A DNA stretch of 64,000 nt from Candidatus Anammoxibacter sp. (lineage in GTDB: Bacteria > Planctomycetota > Brocadiia > Brocadiales > Anammoxibacteraceae), in contig JAIQZO010000004.1 of NCBI GenBank assembly GCA_021777055.1, forward strand, positions 55,594 through 119,593, read 5' to 3'. Made by a program: the position numbers and the translations under genes. Positions 37,860 to 48,031 of the stretch are shown piece by piece; positions within the stretch are counted from its first letter, which is position 1; each line of letters begins with the position of its first letter. The notes under the pieces are model-generated. The model did no database searches, was not told where the DNA came from, and worked only from the letters and a program-made list of their open reading frames with translations.

Positions 37860-39626
37860 TTACTCTATTACAGTTTCATCTAAAACTTGTTCTAATGTAG
37901 TAATGCCATCATATGCAACACGAAGCCCACCTTCCCTTAGTGTTCTCATGCCGTTTTTCCTTGCCGCAGATCTTATCTCTGAAACAGAAGCGTTTTTCGT
38001 TACCAGGTAAGAGATCTCGTCGTTCATCTCCATTATTTCATATATAGCAATTCTGCCTTTATAACCGGTCTTTCTACATTCATCACATCCTACGCCATGA
38101 TAGAACTTTTTGCCAGTAATGTCACTGGGCATCAGTTTAAGGTTCTTTAACACCATCTCGCCTGGAACATATTCCTCTTTGCAAGCAAGACATACCCTCC
38201 TTATTAACCTCTGACTTATTACTGCCTGCAGTGTTGCTGATATCAAAAAAGGCTGTACACCCATATCAACTAACCTGGAAATTGTAGAAGGGGAGTCGTT
38301 TGTGTGAAGTGTACTAAACACCAAATGCCCTGTCATCGCAGCCTGTACAGCTATCTGTGCGGTTTCTTCGTCCCTTATCTCACCAACTAGGATTATGTCC
38401 GGGTCTTGCCTTAATACAGCACGTAAACTTGACGCAAATGTAGTACCCACATTCGGATTAATCGGAATCTGCATTATTCCTTCTATTTCGTTCTCCACGG
38501 GGTCCTCAGTTGTAATAATTTTTACATCGATAGTATTTTTTTGGTGCAGGATTGCATATAAAGTGGAGGTTTTTCCCGAACCGGTAGGGCCGGTAACAAG
38601 AATAATACCATTGGGCATCCTTAATAAATTCATAACCTGATTTAACTCTTTTCCTTCCAGTCCCAGGTTTTTAAAATCCATAGACGCAATGCCTTTATCA
38701 AATATTCGTAGTACAACACTTTCACCGAATTTAGTTGGCAGGCATGACACCCGAAACTCTATGGGGCTACCCATAATACGAAGTTTTATCCTTCCGTCCT
38801 GAGGCAGTCTTTTTTCGGATATATTCAAGTTGGACATAACTTTAATCCTGGTTATAATTCCCATCCCAAAATTATTCGGAGGAGATGCCTTTTGATACAA
38901 AGTGTTATCAATCCGATACCTAACTACAAATTCGTCATCAAACGGTTCAAAATGAATATCACTAGCCCCTTCTTTTACCGCATGCAATAAAACTGTATTT
39001 ACAAAACTTTTCACAGGGGCAATATCTGCCATGATTTTAAGCTCTTCAATATCTAAATCTATGACATTATGATCACCACTCTGTAATCCAGACGGTTTGC
39101 CATATTCAACATCACCCAGCAGTTTCGCCAAAGAATCACACTTGCTTCCCATTGGGTAGTACTTTTCTATTGCTTTGCTGACATCATCGTAAGGGCAAAC
39201 AACCCCCTTAACCCTATATCCAAAAAAGAGCGTAATATCTCGCAGCTGGTCTAATTTTAAGGCATTTTCCTGTGCAACTTCCAGAATTCCATCTTCATAA
39301 GATATGGGTACAATACGGTAGATTTGTGCAATTGACTGTGGGATTTTTTCGATGGCCTCTTCAGGGAGCTCCAAGCGAGAGATATCAACTTGGCGCATCC
39401 CCAGGAATTTACTAATGGCGTCCTGTATCTGTTCGGAAGTGATATATTTAAGACGAACCAATATATCTCCAAGCATACCTTTACGGTTTTTCTGTATTTT
39501 AAGCGCCTCCTGCATCTGCTCGTCAGTGATAAGGTTCATCTCCATAAGGATCTGGCCGAACAACTTGCGCCTGGCAATAAGCTCTGGTTCAGACTTGCCA
39601 CGATACTGTTTATTTTTTAGTTTCAT
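37860..39626 (-). CDS. PilB/GspE/MshE-family assembly ATPase, paralog 1
   Basis: N-terminal tandem motif LFGQILMEMNLITDEQMQEALKIQ-KNRKG-MLGDILVRLKYITSEQIQDAISKF (nt 39405-39563). Walker A GPTGSGKTST, ILVGEIRD, STLHTND and a tetracysteine CLACK..CDECRKTGYKGR. Confidence 0.9.
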   Translation of the reverse strand: MKLKNKQYRGKSEPELIARRKLFGQILMEMNLITDEQMQEALKIQKNRKGMLGDILVRLKYITSEQIQDAISKFLGMRQVDISRLELPEEAIEKIPQSIAQIYRIVPISYEDGILEVAQENALKLDQLRDITLFFGYRVKGVVCPYDDVSKAIEKYYPMGSKCDSLAKLLGDVEYGKPSGLQSGDHNVIDLDIEELKIMADIAPVKSFVNTVLLHAVKEGASDIHFEPFDDEFVVRYRIDNTLYQKASPPNNFGMGIITRIKVMSNLNISEKRLPQDGRIKLRIMGSPIEFRVSCLPTKFGESVVLRIFDKGIASMDFKNLGLEGKELNQVMNLLRMPNGIILVTGPTGSGKTSTLYAILHQKNTIDVKIITTEDPVENEIEGIMQIPINPNVGTTFASSLRAVLRQDPDIILVGEIRDEETAQIAVQAAMTGHLVFSTLHTNDSPSTISRLVDMGVQPFLISATLQAVISQRLIRRVCLACKEEYVPGEMVLKNLKLMPSDITGKKFYHGVGCDECRKTGYKGRIAIYEIMEMNDEISYLVTKNASVSEIRSAARKNGMRTLREGGLRVAYDGITTLEQVLDETVIE

Positions 39627-39946
39627 ATTTTTAAGCGGTGATTGAGATAGATAGAATTCCCATATATTAGTTTCTCTTCATAATCTTAATCTAGTTCATG
39701 TTGAAGCACGACCGCCCCGGTTAGGAGCCAGCAACTTTCTTTGGGATTTATCCATGTTTTTTAACCACATACAATAAGCTAGATAGAAACCTGCCACACT
39801 TTGAATTTTTTCATAATCAAAGATTTTACACATGTGGATGAAGCGTAAGATAACATTTCATCCACCACACTTAATATGGCAGTTTTAATATATACTCAAG
39901 CTGGACACAAAATAAGGCATTTCAATGGGATCATTAACCGGCGCCT

Positions 39947-41656
39947 TTACCCTGTAACCCTAATAATCTCTTCAATAGTTGTGTTTCCTTTAAAGACCTT
40001 ACACAATCCGTCTTCACGCAGTGTTTTCATACCACAGCCCACAATCGCCGCATTTTTTATCTTCTCTTTTGTTTCGCCATTATATATCATATCTTTAATC
40101 TCATTGTTTATTATCATAAGTTCATAGATACCAATTCTACCCTTATACCCGGTGCCTTTACAGTTGCTACAGCCTTTACCTTTAAAGAAAGTAACATCTT
40201 TTAACTCCCGCGGGTCAAGTCCTACCATCGCCAGCTTTTCTGTGGAGTATATAAACGGTTTCTTGCATTCCGGACAATTCTTCCTTACCAGCCTTTGAGC
40301 CATCACACCAAGAATTGATGTGGCAACAAGGTACGACTTTGCTCCCATATCTACTAACCGCGTAATTGCAGAAGGGGCATCATTCGTATGCAGTGTGCTC
40401 AGTATCAAATGTCCTGTTAGCGCTGCGGCAATAGCGATTTCTGCAGTTTCAATATCCCTTATCTCTCCAACTACAACTATGTTGGGGTCCTGCCGCAAGA
40501 TAGACCTCAGTATTACAGGAAATGTCAACCCCGCCACTTCATTAACCTCACATTGATTAACTCCCCTTAAATCATATTCTATTGGATTCTCCACTGTTAT
40601 CAGTTTTTTCTCAGGGGCGTTAATTTCATTTAACGCAGAGTATAATGTGGTAGTCTTACCACTTCCGGTAGGCCCTGTTATAAGTAATATTCCATTAGGT
40701 CGTCTTATGGCTTCCCTAAAAAGTCCCAAATCATCCAGTTCAAAACCCAGTTGATCAAGATTCACCATGATTGACTCTGATTCCAGCAACCTCATTACTA
40801 TACTTTCTCCATTTGTTACCGGAATTGTACTTACTCGTAAATCCAACGGGTGATCTTCTATCATCAACGAGATTCTTCCATCCTGCGGTTTCCTTTTCTC
40901 GGTAATATCAATATTGCTCATAATCTTAATTCGGGAGATAACTGCGTTTTGTATATTCCTTGGCAATACATTTGTCTGTTGGCAAACACCATCAATCCGA
41001 TAGCGGACGCGGAGACTATCTGACATCGGTTCTATGTGTATATCGCTTGCTTGGGCTTTAACCGCTTCGCTTATAATATGCAAAACTATCTTTATTACAG
41101 GGGCGTCGGTCTCTTTATCTTCTGCAGAATCAAACGTTTCATTTATAAGCTGAATAGATACACCATCCGCTTCTTCAGCGCCAGCATCCAAGATATTATC
41201 CACGGAAGGTAAGATTTCTGCCTCAGGTTTATCTCTCTGTTGATAAAGCTCTTGAATATTTTTAAAACTTTCTGGAGTAATCAGGACAAATTTTATATCA
41301 ACACCAAGAATAAACCGTAGATTATCTAAGGTAAGAAGGTCTAGCGGCGAACTAGAAGCTAGAATAAGGACATTGCCCTCTTTTTTTATAGGCACTACGA
41401 TATGTTTTGACGCCACATTTTCCGATATCAGACTAATGTCAATATCATTAATCACCGATTTATCAACATCCATAAATTCAACACCAAAATTACCGGCTAA
41501 ACACCTTGCAATATCTTCAGATGTAGCAAACCCCAACCCTTTTATCGCACCTTCGATGCTTACACCGGTTTCTTCACTCAGCTTTTCAGCATTTAACAAC
41601 TGGGATTCGGACAATATGCCATTTTCTAGAAGAATTTTTCCTGTAAGAATTTTCAT
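39947..41656 (-). CDS. PilB/GspE-family assembly ATPase, paralog 2
   Basis: GSPII_E-N-like N-terminus (LTGKILLENGILSESQLLNAEKL..), GPTGSGKTTT, VVVGEIRD, STLHTND and CPECK..CSNCKGTGYKGR. Confidence 0.9.
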   Translation of the reverse strand: MKILTGKILLENGILSESQLLNAEKLSEETGVSIEGAIKGLGFATSEDIARCLAGNFGVEFMDVDKSVINDIDISLISENVASKHIVVPIKKEGNVLILASSSPLDLLTLDNLRFILGVDIKFVLITPESFKNIQELYQQRDKPEAEILPSVDNILDAGAEEADGVSIQLINETFDSAEDKETDAPVIKIVLHIISEAVKAQASDIHIEPMSDSLRVRYRIDGVCQQTNVLPRNIQNAVISRIKIMSNIDITEKRKPQDGRISLMIEDHPLDLRVSTIPVTNGESIVMRLLESESIMVNLDQLGFELDDLGLFREAIRRPNGILLITGPTGSGKTTTLYSALNEINAPEKKLITVENPIEYDLRGVNQCEVNEVAGLTFPVILRSILRQDPNIVVVGEIRDIETAEIAIAAALTGHLILSTLHTNDAPSAITRLVDMGAKSYLVATSILGVMAQRLVRKNCPECKKPFIYSTEKLAMVGLDPRELKDVTFFKGKGCSNCKGTGYKGRIGIYELMIINNEIKDMIYNGETKEKIKNAAIVGCGMKTLREDGLCKVFKGNTTIEEIIRVTG

Positions 41657-41809
41657 TTACACCATTTTCAATTTAATTAATATTTGATAGTTAAAGAGGA
41701 AGCAAGCGACACAATACATTACATTTTCATTTTTCACATTGAATATAGAGGAAATATTTATTATATTAACATAAGCACCATATCTCAATACCAATACAAA
41801 CAGATATAC

Positions 41810-41852
41810 ACTCAAGGGGAAGACAAATGTTTCATTTGTCTTCCCCTTGAGT
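41810..41852. promoter_or_regulatory. perfect 20-bp inverted repeat 12 nt upstream of the rnpA ATG
   Basis: actcaaggggaagacaaatg-ttt-catttgtcttccccttgagt. No flanking T-run on either strand. Confidence 0.5.
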
Positions 41853-41864
41853 GTAAGTTTAAAA

Positions 41865-42206
41865 ATGAACTACAAATTCACAAAGGAAGAAAGGCTACGA
41901 AAAACAAATGAATTTAGAAATGTTTTTGAAAACGGAAAGGTTTTTAAGGACAAAAATTTTGTTGCCCATCTTTTGTTAAATAACAGACAAAATTCAAGAA
42001 TCGGCATTATTGCAAAAAAGAAAATAGGCAATGCCGTAAAACGAAACAGGGCTAAACGCCTTTTTAGAGATGCGTTTAGAACAGAAAAGAACGGGCTAGC
42101 AAGCAACATAGACATTATCATTATACCAAGAATAAAGGCGGAAGATATAACACACTCTTTAGCAAAAGGGTTTATAGAAAAACTTTCCAACTATATTAAA
42201 CATTAA
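41865..42206 (+). CDS. rnpA: ribonuclease P protein component
   Basis: FTKEERLRKTNEFRNVF..RIGIIAKKKIGNAVKRNRAKRLFRDAFR is the RNR-motif region. ATG at 41865; the track start at 41847 is TTG inside the hairpin. Confidence 0.85.
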   Translation: MNYKFTKEERLRKTNEFRNVFENGKVFKDKNFVAHLLLNNRQNSRIGIIAKKKIGNAVKRNRAKRLFRDAFRTEKNGLASNIDIIIIPRIKAEDITHSLAKGFIEKLSNYIKH

Positions 42207-42421
42207 TGGTAAAATTCATTATATTATTAATAAAAGCATATCAGATATGCTTATCTCCACTATTTGGAGGATCGTGCAAGTTTACACCATCATGTTCACA
42301 CTATATGATAGAAGCTGTTAGCAAAAAGGGGTGCGCGCTTGGTGTAGCAAAAGGTCTCTGGCGTCTTATCAGATGTAACCCTTTCAGCAAACCAAAGTAT
42401 GATCCGGTTGACAATGCTTAA
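42206..42421 (+). CDS. yidD: membrane protein insertion efficiency factor YidD
   Basis: LLIKAYQICLSPLFGGSCKFTPSCSHYMIEAV..G..LWRLIRCNPF. Confidence 0.85.
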   Translation: MVKFIILLIKAYQICLSPLFGGSCKFTPSCSHYMIEAVSKKGCALGVAKGLWRLIRCNPFSKPKYDPVDNA

Positions 42422-42584
42422 GAACTATTGATAAATACTGGTATGATAAAAAAATTTTGACATTTGCCACAATATTATTGATAATTATATCTTACTAAGG
42501 TACAAATTCGTAAAACTTAATTTATTGCCACACTTGGTAAATATGATTAAGTTTTTCCATGTTTCATTATCCATAGGTACTGCA

Positions 42585-43829
42585 ATGACAAACAAAAACA
42601 AAAATAACGAGAAAAATGCATGCTCTTTTTGCAATAGAAATAATAAGGAAACTGGCCGTTTAATACAAGGTATTTCAAGTTCATACATTTGTAATGAATG
42701 TGCAGATGCTTGCCGTATACTTTTTCAAAATGAACAAACCTCCAGCCTAAGTACAAAAATAAAGGCGCCTCTTATACCGTCTAAGATTCATGATCAGCTG
42801 AATGAATATATAATCGGACAGGATAAAGCAAAAAGAACACTTGCAGTGGCTATATATAACCATTACAAAAGAATATCTTCTAATGCAAAAAGCGATGACG
42901 TCGAGATTGAGAAGAGCAACGTTTTGCTTATCGGACCAACCGGATGCGGAAAGACACTTTTAGCTAGAATCTTGGCAAAAATTGTAAACGTTCCTATTGC
43001 CATAGCTGATGCCACAACATTAACCGAGGCGGGATACGTAGGCGAAGATGTTGAAAATGTTTTATTAAAACTTTTAAGAAACGCAGACTTCGATATAAAT
43101 AAGGCACAGCATGGTATTATATATATTGACGAAATTGATAAAGTAACAAAAAAAGGAGCTGGCCCTTCCATCACCCGCGATGTTTCCGGTGAAGGAGTTC
43201 AACAAGCATTACTAAAACTACTTGAAGGTACTGTAGCAAACGTACCTCCACAAGGGGGACGGAAGCATCCTGAACAGCAATATATACAGATTGACACATC
43301 TGATATACTTTTCATATGCGGTGGAACATTTGACGGAATTGAACATATTATAAGCAAGAGATTAGGTAATAAGGCAATCGGATTCAATGCTGACATAGAT
43401 GATCAGGAAGATGAATCATTTGGTAACCTGCTTTCTAAAATTACGGTTGAAGATCTGATAGAATACGGGCTGATTGTTGAATTTGTAGGAAGACTACCGG
43501 TTATAGCACCTTTAATGCCACTTGGACTTGATGACTTGGTACAAATTATGGTTGAACCGAAAAACGCTTTGGTTAAACAGTACCAGAAAATCTTCGAGAT
43601 TGAAGGTGCAAAATTGGAATTCATGGATGAATCGCTAAGAGAAATTAGTAAGGTTGCTCAAAAAAGAAAGACTGGCGCAAGGGCTTTACGGTCAATATTT
43701 GAAGATTTTATGCTTGATGCCATGTACCATTTACCTTCAGAAAAACCAGGATCTACATGGGTAGTAACTCCTGATGTGGTACGCAACGAAGTATCGTTAA
43801 TACCGGAAATGGTAAAGAAGACAGGATAA
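42585..43829 (+). CDS. clpX: ATP-dependent Clp protease ATP-binding subunit ClpX
   Basis: Zinc-binding [16 protein letters not shown], Walker [22 protein letters not shown], and pore-loop/sensor regions. The start is set at ATG 42585. Confidence 0.95.
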   Translation: MTNKNKNNEKNACSFCNRNNKETGRLIQGISSSYICNECADACRILFQNEQTSSLSTKIKAPLIPSKIHDQLNEYIIGQDKAKRTLAVAIYNHYKRISSNAKSDDVEIEKSNVLLIGPTGCGKTLLARILAKIVNVPIAIADATTLTEAGYVGEDVENVLLKLLRNADFDINKAQHGIIYIDEIDKVTKKGAGPSITRDVSGEGVQQALLKLLEGTVANVPPQGGRKHPEQQYIQIDTSDILFICGGTFDGIEHIISKRLGNKAIGFNADIDDQEDESFGNLLSKITVEDLIEYGLIVEFVGRLPVIAPLMPLGLDDLVQIMVEPKNALVKQYQKIFEIEGAKLEFMDESLREISKVAQKRKTGARALRSIFEDFMLDAMYHLPSEKPGSTWVVTPDVVRNEVSLIPEMVKKTG

Positions 43830-43848
43830 TAAAGCCAAGTTTGAAATT

Positions 43849-45606
43849 CTATTTATACGTTTCCATGGCTTTAGAAAACTGCCCTAAATTCTGATAGCAG
43901 ACCGCCAATCGTTTTTCAACATGTTGCTGCCGGTTCGTATCCATAACAAGGAGCGGAACAAGCTTTTCATAGAAAGGAATGGCATCTTTATAATCTTTCT
44001 TAAAGAACAGACTTTCTGCTCCATAGAAATTACTATCTACAAACTTTTCACTACTTTCGTCAGACAAAATATCCTCAAAGAGTTTCAATGCATTTTCATA
44101 TTGACTATTATCGTAGTAACTCATGGCTAGCTCAAACTTGATATCTTCATCTTGTTCATCAGTATCATTTAAGACCATTGCATCATTTAAGACCCTTATT
44201 GCTTGAGTATACAGATCCAGCCGCCGAAGGCATTTACCAATTGAAAACATACCATATGTCTGTTTATCCGCTTCTAGCATCCAGCTTTTATACGCCTGTA
44301 TAGCCTCAACACAGCGATCCATTTTGTCCAGGCATTCAGCGACCCGCAACATTGCCAAGCTATTCTTCTCTTCATCCAGGCCATCTTTTCCTACTATACT
44401 GGTAAACACAACAAATGCATCTGCAATCATTGACATTTGGTACAAACTTTCACCAATCAGAAAATCATTTTCAGCACTCCAATCTACAGGATTAATTCTT
44501 TTCTTTAATGCGATAAAGAGATCAAACGCTTTTGAATAATTCCCCGTTTTCATATAAGACAATGCAATACGTTCACGAATCTTACTGGACAATCCAGACA
44601 AAGGATACATCTCTAAAATCTTTTCATACAGTGTAATGGCAATGTCATATTTTCCATCAACAAACCATGAATTGGTTATTGCCCAATAAACATTCTCCAA
44701 TGCTTCATCATGGGGATATCTCTCAATATATTTATTATATATATCCCGGGCCTTCTGAAGATCTTTTATATCCATAAAGCATTGCCCCATTTTCATTAAA
44801 GATTCCTTTGCCAATGGGTGTTTAGGGAATTTTTCAGCAACAACCATGTATTCCTGGCTAGCGAACAACTTTAGTCCTAAAGAGTAAAAGTAGTTTGCTA
44901 ACTTATAATGTGTCTCAGGAATGTTTTCATTGTTAGGGTATTTAATTTGTAGCGTACGATACATTTTGACAATTTTATTCTGAAAGTAGTCTTCAGGTCT
45001 TTCAAAACCCATATTTGAAGGTATTGTTATTTTTAAAGGGTTGTTTTCCTTTTGTATGAAATCAAAGCCAAAAATCCCTGTAACGATTTCCAGCAGATCA
45101 CGCAGGGGTATATTTTTTAATGATAAATCAACCCTTTTACGCAAAAACTGAGGCTCAATCATTTCATATTCGATCTTTAAATCCGCGGAAAGGGCTATCT
45201 GATTTAAGACATCACCCAGCTTTATCTGGTTTGCATTAATAGAATATAAATAAATTCCAAATTCATGCAATCTCTTTACTATCCGTAGTCCTTTTATATC
45301 TTTAAATACTTTAACTACTTTCCCTGAACTGTTCTCTTCACTAACTGCGTACCTTCCATACTTTTCTTTATCAATTTCAGATGCATTATTCTTGTCATGG
45401 CTCTCTTCTTTTAATACTGAGGAATAAATCTCATTGTATCTAGATTGCATACTTTCTAAAAGCTGCTGTTCTACCTCTAGCACATTATCTACTTCGCTAT
45501 CGTCACAGTAAGAGACACCTATACACGAAAAGATGGCAACTAAAACCAAGATCGCTTCTTTTTTATACTTTATTAGCATAGATATTGAGTTGCTTAAAAA
45601 TATCAC
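43849..45606 (-). CDS. secreted TPR-repeat protein with N-terminal STN/secretin-N0-like modules
   Basis: Signal-like N-terminus, then LKIEYEM..VDLSLKNIPLRDLLEIVTGIFGFDFIQKENNPLKITIP, then many TPR-like repeats (YbgF-like). Confidence 0.5.
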   Translation of the reverse strand: MIFLSNSISMLIKYKKEAILVLVAIFSCIGVSYCDDSEVDNVLEVEQQLLESMQSRYNEIYSSVLKEESHDKNNASEIDKEKYGRYAVSEENSSGKVVKVFKDIKGLRIVKRLHEFGIYLYSINANQIKLGDVLNQIALSADLKIEYEMIEPQFLRKRVDLSLKNIPLRDLLEIVTGIFGFDFIQKENNPLKITIPSNMGFERPEDYFQNKIVKMYRTLQIKYPNNENIPETHYKLANYFYSLGLKLFASQEYMVVAEKFPKHPLAKESLMKMGQCFMDIKDLQKARDIYNKYIERYPHDEALENVYWAITNSWFVDGKYDIAITLYEKILEMYPLSGLSSKIRERIALSYMKTGNYSKAFDLFIALKKRINPVDWSAENDFLIGESLYQMSMIADAFVVFTSIVGKDGLDEEKNSLAMLRVAECLDKMDRCVEAIQAYKSWMLEADKQTYGMFSIGKCLRRLDLYTQAIRVLNDAMVLNDTDEQDEDIKFELAMSYYDNSQYENALKLFEDILSDESSEKFVDSNFYGAESLFFKKDYKDAIPFYEKLVPLLVMDTNRQQHVEKRLAVCYQNLGQFSKAMETYK

Positions 45607-45630
45607 TAATTTAATAAAAGATAATAGATT

Positions 45631-46761
45631 CTATTTTACTAATCTTAATTGTGCCTCACTAAGAAACGAATCTGCAATCATCAAATATGAACGTTCCGTT
45701 AATTCCACCATATCAGAAGTAAAGTCACCCCCAATCGCCATCAGAGAATACAACACCTTTCTTCCTTTATCATAATTTCCTTGCTTCATATGACATTCGG
45801 CTATCAAGTACTTACTCCGCCAAACATTCTTTTTATCAGAAACCTTTCCGCCAAACACTTTCCGTAAAGTACTAATTGCATCATTATATAACCCGGCATG
45901 ATAGTAACACTCTCCCAATCGAGCATTTAGAAAACTCTTTGTTTCCAAGTCCCTATTATTGTTTAACAATGCGCTATAAAATGCTATTGCTTTCTTATAA
46001 TTGGCGTTATTAAAAGATTGTTCAGCCGACACAAGTAGGGATTCGCTAGTATCGTTAATCGTCAATCTTCCATCAACATCAAATTTAGTACTATTCTCTT
46101 TTATTTCTTCTTTCTCTTGGACAATAAAAGGTTGTACAATCACATTATCCGGCTTCTTTTCAGTCTTATCACTCTCCGCATCTGCCTGAATTTTGGACAA
46201 ATTTGTTAATGCAACATCAATAGAACTTGTTTTTGCCTTAAACCAGGAGACAATAACAATAGTCATAATAAGTGCAATAACTAAGACTACACAATTGGCA
46301 ATTATCCAGGGGTTACGTATTACTTTTAGTAAGTTCGTGATCTGAGGATTTAGAAAGTGCAGACGCAACTTTGAGATTGCAGTGTTTTCATCTGTAATTA
46401 GAACTTCTTCTTCTGAATCATTGTTTCCCTCTTCATCTTTATTTTCATTTATATCAACAGATTGATTGTTTAATATCTCACTAATATCGGCATCACTACT
46501 CTCTGCATCACTGCTCTCTGTATTGTTTAATAACTCACTAATATCGTCATCACTACTCTCAGTTAAGACTGCCTTCGCAACAGCGTCATCTTTGGTGTTC
46601 CAGACTGAATCTGACGGTTCCAGAGGATCTTTGTCATCTGTATCCACGGATACTGTCTCGTCACTTAGCTGCGAATTTTCAACATTAGTTTCAACGTTGT
46701 CATTCTCTGTATCATCAACTAAATCATCTTTAATCTTGTCATCCATAAGTAATGACCTCAA
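45631..46761 (-). CDS. single-pass membrane protein: acidic repetitive N-terminus, TM, C-terminal TPR
   Basis: Repeats ESSDDDISELLNN / ESSDADISEILNN, TM IANCVVLVIALIMTIVIVSWF, and a C-terminal TPR-like region (YKKAIAFYSALL.., YNDAISTLRKVF). Confidence 0.5.
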   Translation of the reverse strand: MRSLLMDDKIKDDLVDDTENDNVETNVENSQLSDETVSVDTDDKDPLEPSDSVWNTKDDAVAKAVLTESSDDDISELLNNTESSDAESSDADISEILNNQSVDINENKDEEGNNDSEEEVLITDENTAISKLRLHFLNPQITNLLKVIRNPWIIANCVVLVIALIMTIVIVSWFKAKTSSIDVALTNLSKIQADAESDKTEKKPDNVIVQPFIVQEKEEIKENSTKFDVDGRLTINDTSESLLVSAEQSFNNANYKKAIAFYSALLNNNRDLETKSFLNARLGECYYHAGLYNDAISTLRKVFGGKVSDKKNVWRSKYLIAECHMKQGNYDKGRKVLYSLMAIGGDFTSDMVELTERSYLMIADSFLSEAQLRLVK

Positions 46762-46826
46762 AATATTAATAGACTGATTGCAATATATACATAGGTAGCA
46801 TGAATGAGACAGGTGTAACTCTATTA

Positions 46827-48008
46827 TTATGAATCTTGTTTACTATCTGCGGGCTTTATGGGTAAAATAACAGTAAATCGAGCTCCGTTTTTTGCCCTAT
46901 TTTCAACCTTTATACTACCGTTATGGTTATCTATAAACTTTTTTGCCATATAAAGACCTAACCCCATTCCCTTCTCTTTAGTTGTATACCGCTGATCAAA
47001 AATATGTGCAATGTGTTCCAGAGGTATTCCATCGCCAGTATCTTCTATCTTTACAACAACCCCACCATGCCCATTATAAAGCTCTCTTTCCTTGTGTGTA
47101 ACTATACTTATGACTCCGCCACCAGGCATTGCGTCCACCATGTTTTGTAAAATATTAAGGAATGCCTCTTCAATGTTTGACGCAAGCATGTGAACCTTTG
47201 GAATAGATTTAGAATAAGACGTTCTAACTTTAATACCACGATCGTTAAACTTTAATTGCAAATCTGCGATGATAATATTAATAATGTCATGAATATCCAA
47301 CTCTTCCAAGCGTACATCATTATTATCGTCTTTAACATCCTTATAGTTGACTAAATCTTCAATTTTTGTTGCCAGTTTTTCAATTTCACCAATTATAGTA
47401 TTAACATGGTCCAAGCGTGGGTCATCTGGTTCAAATTTGGAACCCAATAACTCTGCCGTTATCAGTATATTTGCCAACGGATTACGCACCACATGAGCAA
47501 TAAGACCTGTAAATTCACCAATTCGCGCAAGTACCTGGAGATCATACTGTTCTTTGCCAACGTTTGATATCAACTTCTTGATATCCCCAATATGTTTGTC
47601 GCGGAGAAAGAAAATTACGAGGTTTAACAACTTTTGAAAATCTAGAGAATCTTTGTTTTGCAAATCATTAATAACGTCATCTAGCTCATTGTTTTCAAAC
47701 TCATCTTTTATCTCATTAACATCTACACCAGATTGATATTCAATAATCTGGTTAATGATTTTATCCTGTATCAGTAATGCCCTGTTTAGCTGCGGTTCAT
47801 TAATTTTGTCTAATTCTGATAATACCTCACCTGCGTTGTCATTACGAAGACATATTGACTGCAGCAATTGAGACGCGTCAACGTCCATAAACTTTTGAAG
47901 AATTTTCTTTAACTTCACCTCATAATCAAGGTTAAGGAGGTTTTTTTTGTCATTTTTTTTGATAGCAACACCATTAGAGCTACTATCCTTTGCACTAGTT
48001 TCTGACAT
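46827..48008 (-). CDS. soluble sensor histidine kinase (HisKA + HATPase_c, no TM)
   Basis: H-box FTGLIAHVVRNPLANI, N-box FLNILQNMVDAM, G1 EDTGDGIP, G2 GMGLGLYMAKKFI. Confidence 0.8.
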   Translation of the reverse strand: MSETSAKDSSSNGVAIKKNDKKNLLNLDYEVKLKKILQKFMDVDASQLLQSICLRNDNAGEVLSELDKINEPQLNRALLIQDKIINQIIEYQSGVDVNEIKDEFENNELDDVINDLQNKDSLDFQKLLNLVIFFLRDKHIGDIKKLISNVGKEQYDLQVLARIGEFTGLIAHVVRNPLANILITAELLGSKFEPDDPRLDHVNTIIGEIEKLATKIEDLVNYKDVKDDNNDVRLEELDIHDIINIIIADLQLKFNDRGIKVRTSYSKSIPKVHMLASNIEEAFLNILQNMVDAMPGGGVISIVTHKERELYNGHGGVVVKIEDTGDGIPLEHIAHIFDQRYTTKEKGMGLGLYMAKKFIDNHNGSIKVENRAKNGARFTVILPIKPADSKQDS

Positions 48009-48031
48009 TGCGCAACCCCTTTCCTAAACAG

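Noticed and set aside
39666-39692. Recurrent aatcttaat-type strings (also near 33470, 51061 and 52450), considered as a dispersed regulatory motif or CRISPR-like repeat.
   Set aside because: Apart from the longer 27-nt match to 57429-57467 (reported as a finding), the short 9-nt hits are expected by chance in AT-rich intergenic DNA. There is no regular spacing and no array structure.
41684-41911. 75-aa plus-strand ORF upstream of and overlapping rnpA, considered as a possible rpmH (L34).
   Set aside because: The translation (MIVKEEASDTIHYIFIFHIEY...) has none of the Arg/Lys-rich L34 signature, and it overlaps the rnpA start. No other plus-frame ORF with L34 character exists in 41657-41864.
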